The position numbers and the translations under genes are program-made. A stretch of 64,000 nt of DNA from Pseudomonadota bacterium (GTDB taxonomy: Bacteria > Bdellovibrionota > Bdellovibrionia > Bdellovibrionales > Bdellovibrionaceae), in the NCBI GenBank assembly GCA_041178425.1, contig JBEGVH010000006.1, positions 32,001-96,000 on the forward strand, read 5' to 3'. Positions within the stretch are counted from its first letter, which is position 1; every line of letters starts with the position of its first letter. Shown piece by piece: positions 57,263-64,000 of this stretch. Below the pieces are notes generated by a model. It was not told the origin of the DNA. It ran no database searches and worked only from the letters and a program-made list of their open reading frames with translations.

Positions 57263-58850
57263 ACTCTACCCCTAAACTCAAATAATGGCCAGACAGATCA
57301 AATGTTGATGTGCTTGAGGCCCCAAGTTTCTCGTTTTTATCATCAAAGGAGAAGCTTTGTTTGTTGTAAGAATATCCGGCTATCGTGGTCAGTCTCTTCG
57401 AAGATTTATAAGATGATTGAATGTTCAATTGATAAAAGTTGACGTTCTTTAGCTCGTTACCGGCAGTGGATTTAGCGTTAATTGGTTTGAGGTAATTAAA
57501 GCTATAATCGATAGCCCACTTGTTTGATTTGATTTCTCGATACCCCAGATCGATCTGAGGCCCGGAAGTGCTGATAGCTTTGAGTTGAGTTCCTGAAAAA
57601 ATAGAGGTTACCTCTGGTAATTGCTTTAAGAAAAGACCCAGTTTAAGGCGAAGACTCTCTTCTTCGCTGATCTCGACGTTGAAGATGCCAAAGATATTAG
57701 AACTCATGAAGTTATACTTTTTCTCATCGATGTTGAGGCCAGTGAACTGCAGGTCAACAAAGTACCCGTGAGAAGACTCATCATAGATAGCACCGTAGCC
57801 TACAGCTCCCGTGCTCGTGATGGCATTGAGATTGAGGCTTCGATTGTCGGAGACTAATTTAGTTTTATAGTTAAACTGAGAAAGGCTGTACGAAGCCGTT
57901 AAATAAGGTTTGTTGGCCGTGATGGACGATTCTTTTACATAGGCATCATAGGCGGAAGCAATAGAACGGTCGCCATGCTGAAGTTCAAAGACCATTTCGG
58001 TGGGTTCTGTGGGTTTTCTATAGAGTCCGTTCGGGGCCGCAACGAGTTTGTATTGTCCACCAGTCCAGTCCTCTTGAATGCTAAACATCGTGGCTTTTTT
58101 CTGAGTCGTTACTTCAGTAAAGAATTGATAGTCATCCGCCGTTGGATCGTACTGGTAGACTTGAATAGACACACTGGCTTCATCGGGCAGTGGATTGAAT
58201 TCAATCTCTCTAAGGTAGGGAGACGCTGGTTTTTTAAATTCGACCATAGGGAGGCTTGGTCCAATGATTGTGAGTTCATTAATATTGGTCGGTTTTTCGC
58301 CAACAGCGCCATTGGAGTCGGTCGCTTGAACGAACCATTTATATTTTTTTGAGGAATCAAGCTTCATCGCAAAGAGGGTGTCTTGGGTTTTAATAGACTC
58401 AAGAAGTTCTCCTGATTCAGACAAAATATTAAGAATATAAAATTCGGCTTCTCTCTGGCTCTGCCACTGAAATCGGATGGGGTAGGAAAGGTCATCGGTA
58501 GTGACCGTGTGAGAAGGTTCCGGAAATATTGTGTCGACGTTTTTGAGTTTAACTTCAAAAGGAATCGCCTCGCTCCAGTCTCCATAGATGCCGCGAATGT
58601 CTTTTCCGCGAACCCTCATCCAGTATTTGCCAGCAGGCATCGGTCCCGACCATCGTGCTTCGGGCACGTTGGTGAGAGTTTTAAAAGGGGTGCCTTTTCC
58701 GGCCTTGCCAAATTCCAATTGGTAACCGCGAGCTTCTGCAGCGGCTTCCCATTCGAGATTGATGACGCGCTCCTCGGCCTGAGCCAAAGATGCAAATCCA
58801 AAAATAAGGTTCGTTGCGATAAAGAGGTGCCAGCCGATCTTTTTGATCAT
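57252..58850 (-). CDS. Exported FN3-repeat protein with probable C-terminal outer-membrane beta-barrel
   Basis: Signal peptide; LEW...Y..E, GKYWMRVRG..G.WS FN3 motifs; amphipathic strands ending YLSLGVEYDY. Confidence 0.7.
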   Translation of the reverse strand: MIKKIGWHLFIATNLIFGFASLAQAEERVINLEWEAAAEARGYQLEFGKAGKGTPFKTLTNVPEARWSGPMPAGKYWMRVRGKDIRGIYGDWSEAIPFEVKLKNVDTIFPEPSHTVTTDDLSYPIRFQWQSQREAEFYILNILSESGELLESIKTQDTLFAMKLDSSKKYKWFVQATDSNGAVGEKPTNINELTIIGPSLPMVEFKKPASPYLREIEFNPLPDEASVSIQVYQYDPTADDYQFFTEVTTQKKATMFSIQEDWTGGQYKLVAAPNGLYRKPTEPTEMVFELQHGDRSIASAYDAYVKESSITANKPYLTASYSLSQFNYKTKLVSDNRSLNLNAITSTGAVGYGAIYDESSHGYFVDLQFTGLNIDEKKYNFMSSNIFGIFNVEISEEESLRLKLGLFLKQLPEVTSIFSGTQLKAISTSGPQIDLGYREIKSNKWAIDYSFNYLKPINAKSTAGNELKNVNFYQLNIQSSYKSSKRLTTIAGYSYNKQSFSFDDKNEKLGASSTSTFDLSGHYLSLGVEYDY

Positions 58851-60586
58851 CGCACCTCCAGCTTTTTAATTTTAAGAGGTTTAACCGCAGAAACCTGGGG
58901 AACATAGATCTCACGCGACTCAGAAACGTATCCTGGTCGACCCGTTTTATCTATGGCTACGACTCTTACCTCGTAGGAACCAGGGAGAAGTTTATTAAAC
59001 GAATAGCTCGTGCCCTTGGTTTCGTAGCGGAAGCTGCGTTGCCCAGACGCTCTGAGTTCAACATAATACTCGACGGCTCCCTCAACGCTTCTCCATTGAA
59101 CGGTGACGTTACCTGTATTAGACGCTCTCACACTGATAGGTCCTTCCATCGCGGGGGCGCGAAGCATCGGAAGGGGTTTTAATTCAAACTGAAGAATCGG
59201 TGAGTGGCCAATCATTTCGCCATCGCTGTTATAAGCTTCTACCTGAGCCTGATATTGGCCCTCTTTCGGAAAAGTTTTGATGGCTTCTTCCGTGGTGACT
59301 TTTGTTGGCTTGGCAGCAGTGATCTCTCCAATCGGGTTCGCAACACGTAAAAGGTAAAACGAAACAGGGCGGGTCGATTCCGTAGACCACTTCATGGCCA
59401 AACTTGGTTCTTTAGAAACATACCATATGGTTTTTTCAGCAGGTGCTACCCAACGAATGACGGCACGCTCTTTGGTGAAGGGGGCTATCTTAAAGCGGTT
59501 AGGTTTTGTTTTGATCCAGGTTTTCGTTTTTTTATCCAGGCTAACGATGCGCCAAAAATAGGACCCGTTTTCAAGATCGGTCAACCGCATTTGGTGTTCG
59601 TTTTTAAAAGATTCTGCTCTTAAGCCTTCAGAAAAATCTTCATCTCGAGCGACCTCTACTCGATACTCGAGATAGTGGTCATTCGGAGTCCAGTGAAGGA
59701 AAATTGATTTTTGTGCATCGGTGGGGTTTATCGTAATGCCATTGAGCGGGCTCACGAGGGTTGGAAGTATTCTGTTGCGCACGCGCGCTTTTGCCACATT
59801 GGAGGCCCAGAGAAGATTTCCATTGTCGGGGGCATAGATGGCCCAGCGCCAAAAGTATTCGCCAACGGGTAGTGAAACATTCAAATTGTTGCTCAATACA
59901 GATGTCTTTTTTCGATTGGATAAATTTTTTCTAGTAGGCCCCCATTCAATGGCGATCTCAATGTCTTTTTGTGTGGCTTGATTTCCGGCCCACGTAAAAA
60001 GTTTACTCGGAATGACTCCCGCATTTGTTTCGAGCTCAAAATCATCGGATTCACCGGTCCAATTGACCTCGTAAGGATTTTTTTGAGCCAATCGTCGCGT
60101 GGGGTTCATGATAACTTGGCTATTGGGCTCCTTATAAATAAAGGAGTAATTGCTATGAAGAAAGTATTCTCTTCCATCGACCACTTTGAACTGCGTTGGT
60201 TTTTTTGAGTCGAGATGAAAAGCGCCCTCTCTGACATAAAAAGAAATAATGCCATCATCATTTTCTTTGAGAACTAAGCGCGATCCTGATTCTATTCTGA
60301 GGACACCACGCTCGTCCGTAAATTGGAGGCGGATCTCTCCGTACTCATCGGTCTTTATTTCGTCGTCGTTGTGAACCGGATCGCCGAGGATCAAAGGGTT
60401 CCATAGCTTGGCGTGTTGATTTTTAACTGAGTGGTAACCCTCGTTGTCTTGAATAAAGCCAATCACTCGGGATTTGTTTTTTATGGCAGAAGGAGGTTCT
60501 GATTGAAAAAAGTAACCTAAGCTCAGTGCTAAAACACCGAGTGGTAGATAGATTACTTTTAAAAATCTCATGCTCAACAATTTCAA
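58847..60586 (-). CDS. FecR-domain protein with multiple FN3/Ig-like repeats
   Basis: N-terminal anchor; W.PL..GD.V...DEIKT...IRL.F...L.I..GS.L FecR motif; repeated G.YFWR/G.Y.V.V.A motifs; GGAGGAG SD before TTG. Confidence 0.75.
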   Translation of the reverse strand: MKLLSMRFLKVIYLPLGVLALSLGYFFQSEPPSAIKNKSRVIGFIQDNEGYHSVKNQHAKLWNPLILGDPVHNDDEIKTDEYGEIRLQFTDERGVLRIESGSRLVLKENDDGIISFYVREGAFHLDSKKPTQFKVVDGREYFLHSNYSFIYKEPNSQVIMNPTRRLAQKNPYEVNWTGESDDFELETNAGVIPSKLFTWAGNQATQKDIEIAIEWGPTRKNLSNRKKTSVLSNNLNVSLPVGEYFWRWAIYAPDNGNLLWASNVAKARVRNRILPTLVSPLNGITINPTDAQKSIFLHWTPNDHYLEYRVEVARDEDFSEGLRAESFKNEHQMRLTDLENGSYFWRIVSLDKKTKTWIKTKPNRFKIAPFTKERAVIRWVAPAEKTIWYVSKEPSLAMKWSTESTRPVSFYLLRVANPIGEITAAKPTKVTTEEAIKTFPKEGQYQAQVEAYNSDGEMIGHSPILQFELKPLPMLRAPAMEGPISVRASNTGNVTVQWRSVEGAVEYYVELRASGQRSFRYETKGTSYSFNKLLPGSYEVRVVAIDKTGRPGYVSESREIYVPQVSAVKPLKIKKLEVR

Positions 60587-60715
60587 GAGTAGACTCCTCC
60601 AGTCAATCTATCGGAGTGAGACGTCAAAAAATAAATAGGATTAAGGTCGAGTTTTTACTTAAATTATTAGGAATGCTTGCGGCGGGCTTAGGAAGCCAGA
60701 GGGCTTTAGGTGTTT

Positions 60716-61447
60716 CTAGGGTTGGTGGCGGATAGAAGCACTACTGCAACCGGATTCATTACCTGCATAGTCTTTAAATTTAGCATAAACGGTGTTGGTA
60801 GCGTTGGCATTAGGCAGTGCGAGGTCTGATTTTTCACCAAGACCATAGTTATACCATTGGCCTCCAGTTTCACAATCCGAGTTAAAGGTAAAATAAACAT
60901 ATTTTGGTTTTAGAAGAAAGCTGCCAGCTTGAAGAGCGATGGAATACTCTGCTTTAACAACTAGATCAGCAGTTGTTGAACTGCCACCATCAAGATCAAG
61001 AAAACCAATATCAAATGTTGGCTGTAAAAAATAACCCGAGAGAGGTTCCGTCTCGAATTCATTAGCGAGGGCTTTCATCTGAAAGGGAATCACTGCCGCA
61101 TTTACGTTGGCGGGTGCAATACTTGCTGGCAAGGCATTGAGTGGCAAAAGAATTTCAGCGAGGCCGTCCACACATTCGATATCACTCACCTTCGCGAATG
61201 TCGTTCCCTCGTTGAGACTCAAATAGAGTTCTCTATGAGCGGTCTCGCAGACGATGTGAAAAGTTGCGAGCTTGGAAGTTTTGTTAACAATGAGTCCATT
61301 CAATAGCGGCGCCTCTCCGTCTTGGCGCAACGAAAAAGAGGCCGATGATAGGCCCAAGCTACTCTGTGTTTGTGTCGCCTTCGTGCAGCTAATTTCGAAA
61401 AAAACTAAAACTGCAAGGAGGCTCCAAGATGAAACAAACTTCCTCAT
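60716..61447 (-). CDS. Hypothetical lipoprotein with Ig-like C-terminal motif
   Basis: Lipobox-like EISC; C-terminal TVYAKFKDYAGNESGC. Confidence 0.65.
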   Translation of the reverse strand: MRKFVSSWSLLAVLVFFEISCTKATQTQSSLGLSSASFSLRQDGEAPLLNGLIVNKTSKLATFHIVCETAHRELYLSLNEGTTFAKVSDIECVDGLAEILLPLNALPASIAPANVNAAVIPFQMKALANEFETEPLSGYFLQPTFDIGFLDLDGGSSTTADLVVKAEYSIALQAGSFLLKPKYVYFTFNSDCETGGQWYNYGLGEKSDLALPNANATNTVYAKFKDYAGNESGCSSASIRHQP

Positions 61448-61705
61448 GGTATTTTCTTCGGACGAATCAGTGGTTTACTTGAGTTTTCTTATTTTGAAGC
61501 GCAACGGGAGCCTGAAGGCGCAGCGCTTCCCAATACCTTGGTCTCACAAAGGGTGTTGAAATGGGTCTTTGGTCGAGCTCGAGTTTTGGCGGGGTCGTTT
61601 TAATACAAAATTAATTTAACTAAAGTTGTTTAGTGTCGGTGTATTGGGTATTGGCAGAACAAGAAAAAAGACAATTTCCTTCGGCAACATAAAAAGGGAG
61701 GGCCC

Positions 61706-62179
61706 ATGGGACAAAAAATATCCAATCACGTCGCGGTTTTTGATCAGAGTGTTGATAAAGCCCGAGAGTGGATCTCGGAACTTCACGAAGAGCTCCATTG
61801 GATCAGTGCCGACTCGGTTTATCACCTGTTACGAGCGGTTCTACAAACTCTTCGCGATCAAATAAGTATTGATGAAGGTGCCCATTTGTCGGCCCAACTC
61901 CCACTGGTATTGAGGGGTACGTTTTATGAGTGTTGGGATCCTAAATTATTGCTGCCTAAGGGGCTTGGTAAAGAGGAGTTTATTGCCGAGGTAAAGCACA
62001 AAATGGGCTTAGCTGGTCTACCAAAGTACGACATCGAAAAAGGCGTTTTGGGTGCCTTGCTCCTTATTAAGCGCCACGTGGATCGAGGTGAAATGGATGA
62101 TGTGATTGGGGCTCTCCAGCCAACCATGAGATCTTTTATTCTCGGTGGCGAACTTGAAGCACAAATGCGAGCTCAGTGA
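61706..62179 (+). CDS. DUF2267 family protein
   Basis: FDQSV..A.EW, LRAVL.TLRD, AHLSAQLPL.LRG.FYE.W.P; GGGAGGG SD. Confidence 0.88.
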   Translation: MGQKISNHVAVFDQSVDKAREWISELHEELHWISADSVYHLLRAVLQTLRDQISIDEGAHLSAQLPLVLRGTFYECWDPKLLLPKGLGKEEFIAEVKHKMGLAGLPKYDIEKGVLGALLLIKRHVDRGEMDDVIGALQPTMRSFILGGELEAQMRAQ

Positions 62180-62193
62180 GGGAGGTTGTAGTT

Positions 62194-62748
62194 ATGAAAT
62201 TTCCCTTTAAACTTCAGTTTCGGGATATTGAAAAAGACGAGAGAATTTATAATGTGATTTGGGATCATGTTGATAAATTAGAAAGAATTTACCAACGCAT
62301 TGTTTCTTGTGAGGTGACCGTAGCGGCTCCTCATCGTCACAAAATGAATGGCTTAATCTATCACATCCAAATTCGGTTGTATGTTCCTGGTGACGATATT
62401 TTCATTACAACCGAAACAGAGAAGAACGGTGCCCATAAAGACGTTCATGTTGCGATTCGCGATGCCTTTGATGCAGCTCAAAGAAAACTTGAAGATTTGG
62501 TTCGTAAAGAGCGCGCCTTTGTTAAGGTTAAGGTGGGACCCTCAGAAGGAAAAGTTTTGAGATTGTTCCCGAATGAACATTGTGGATTTATTCTATCGCA
62601 CGATCAGCGAGAGTTATACTTTCATGAGAACTCGGTTTTGAATGCCGATTTTGAACGGCTCAAGATTGGAGATAAAGTTCGTTTTTCTGAAGAGATGGGG
62701 GAGAAGGGGCCTCAGGTGACATCGATGCAGAAAGCCGGAGGACGGTAA
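62194..62748 (+). CDS. HPF/RaiA ribosome-hibernation domain fused to a cold-shock domain
   Basis: I.SC.V.V..PH.H, D..VAIRDAFDAA.RKL; GFI...RELYFHENSV, GEKGPQ. Confidence 0.9.
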   Translation: MKFPFKLQFRDIEKDERIYNVIWDHVDKLERIYQRIVSCEVTVAAPHRHKMNGLIYHIQIRLYVPGDDIFITTETEKNGAHKDVHVAIRDAFDAAQRKLEDLVRKERAFVKVKVGPSEGKVLRLFPNEHCGFILSHDQRELYFHENSVLNADFERLKIGDKVRFSEEMGEKGPQVTSMQKAGGR

Positions 62749-62872
62749 AGAGCTTGTCTTTGTTTCACACTGAGACAAAGGTCTCCTGATTTGTGGTTTT
62801 CTTCATTTGGGGGACCCTTCGTGCGATGTTAATATAAAGATGGAATAAGGTTCACTCAAAGGAGAGAAACTA

Positions 62873-63292
62873 ATGGATTCAATGTCAGTAGTCAGTCTTC
62901 GAAAAATCTTAGTTGTTGATGACAACGAGCTGAGTGGTCGTCTGCTGCTATCGATTCTGGTAAAAGCTGGCTACGACGTAGAGCTTTGCCATCGTGGATC
63001 GGATGCCATTGAAAAAATTGAAAATGCTAAAATCAAGTACGATCTTATACTCACTGACGTTTTGATGCCACTGATGGGTGGTTTTGATTTTATTGGGCGC
63101 GTAAAAAAGATGGGCGGTCTCAGTGCTTTTATGGTGGTGTCTTGCATGCGTGATCATGAGACCATGGTCAAGGCAAAGTCTTTAGGCGCCTCCGATTATA
63201 TCACTAAGCCCTTTAAAAAAGATGATATCATCGAAAAATTGGAAAGTTTTTTCAATCGTTCAGATAAAATGGCCGACGCCTCAGGTTTATAA
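62873..63292 (+). CDS. Single-domain response regulator receiver
   Basis: ILVVDD, LILTDVLMP.MGG, GASDYITKPF; AAGGAG SD. Confidence 0.92.
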   Translation: MDSMSVVSLRKILVVDDNELSGRLLLSILVKAGYDVELCHRGSDAIEKIENAKIKYDLILTDVLMPLMGGFDFIGRVKKMGGLSAFMVVSCMRDHETMVKAKSLGASDYITKPFKKDDIIEKLESFFNRSDKMADASGL

Positions 63293-63360
63293 AGGTTCTC
63301 GATTCTTTCTTCGAGAAAACAATTGTCATTCCTTTTGATTATGAATATTCAAAAGGACCT

Positions 63361-64000
63361 ATGGCAATCCCTCCGGCATACGAACCTAATATTTTTTTAA
63401 TAAGTCCCATCGAAGACAAGCTCAATGTGCTAGAATCTTCGGTTCACCATGCTATGCTTGGAAATTCAATTTCAATGCCTGTTTCTCCGGCCCGGGGCCG
63501 CGCGATCGTGGCGCCCTTGCACCAGCATCCCTCAAAAAAAGGATTTTCGCGGCCAGAAGGTCGAGCGAGACTTCTTCATGATTTAGCCAACATTGAGCTC
63601 CAAGCGATGGAGTTAGGCCTGAGAACCCTTTATGAATATCCCGAAGCGCCGACCGCTCTTAGGGATGAACTCGCAGAGGTGACGCTATCCGAAGGGCGAC
63701 ATCTTAAAATGTGTTTAGAAGCCATTGAAGACTTGGGGTTTCATTGGGGAGATTGGCCTATTCATTTGGGGCTATGGGAAACAGTGAGCACCGAGGATTC
63801 CCTGATTGATCGAATGTTTATTGTTCATCGTTATTTAGAAGGCAGTGGTCTTGATGCCCAAGATACAATGCTTAGACGGCTCGAGGGTGTTCATGATCCA
63901 AAGACCTATGCCGTCCTCAAACAAATTCATCGCGAAGAAGTAGATCATGTTTATTTTGGTAGTCGCTGGCAGAGTGAGTTGAGTCAATCACTCGGAAGAG
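63361..64000 (+). CDS. DUF455 ferritin-like protein (runs off the window end; absent from the ORF track)
   Basis: Open frame MAIPPAYEP...RARLLHDLANIELQAMEL...SEGRH...GDWPIHLGLW...LEGSGLDA...IHREEVDHV.FG. Confidence 0.88.
   Translation, partial: MAIPPAYEPNIFLISPIEDKLNVLESSVHHAMLGNSISMPVSPARGRAIVAPLHQHPSKKGFSRPEGRARLLHDLANIELQAMELGLRTLYEYPEAPTALRDELAEVTLSEGRHLKMCLEAIEDLGFHWGDWPIHLGLWETVSTEDSLIDRMFIVHRYLEGSGLDAQDTMLRRLEGVHDPKTYAVLKQIHREEVDHVYFGSRWQSELSQSLGR

Noticed and set aside
1..64000. tRNA/rRNA genes, IS elements, integrases, prophage or defence systems; the many short antisense ORFs in the track
   Set aside because: No cloverleaf, rRNA, transposase, integrase or phage/defence motifs were recognised. 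The short ORFs lie within well-supported genes, on the opposite strand or in another frame.

Overview
Gene-dense, roughly 43-45% GC (by eye) bacterial chromosome segment. It most likely comes from a Bdellovibrionota (predatory, Bdellovibrio-like) organism; this is inferred from many secreted proteases and hydrolases, sigma-28-type promoters, a CdnL-type carD and Cys-tagged secreted hypotheticals. Core genes: recG (5' truncated), carD, gltX-cysS-uvrB-uvrC, pckG, waaF-waaA, hemH, mutM, rluA-family, dedA, Fe-SOD, moxR-DUF58-transglutaminase and asd. It also holds a carotenoid operon (crtY-crtE-crtI-crtB-orfX-GT2), a FecR/FN3 + OM-barrel + degenerate adenylate cyclase operon, and a DUF2267/HPF-CSD/receiver/DUF455 block. 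No rRNA, tRNA, CRISPR array or mobile element was seen. Highlights: (1) a c-di-GMP-I riboswitch whose only downstream ORF is a 7-residue peptide (MERFYSP), with a visible anti-SD switch, in an intergenic region that also holds other micro-ORF and sRNA signals; (2) a pseudo-symmetric His/Asp/Glu membrane protein at the point where the carotenoid operon lacks a hydroxylase; (3) a trans-envelope operon ending in a catalytically degenerate cyclase; (4) three secreted effector-like enzymes (ART-like, GWD/PPDK-like, TGase-elicitor-like) that share sigma-54-like promoters and a short Cys motif; (5) identical TTGACA-N19-TATAGT promoters on the SOD gene and the crt operon. All calls are by eye; no database searches were run.
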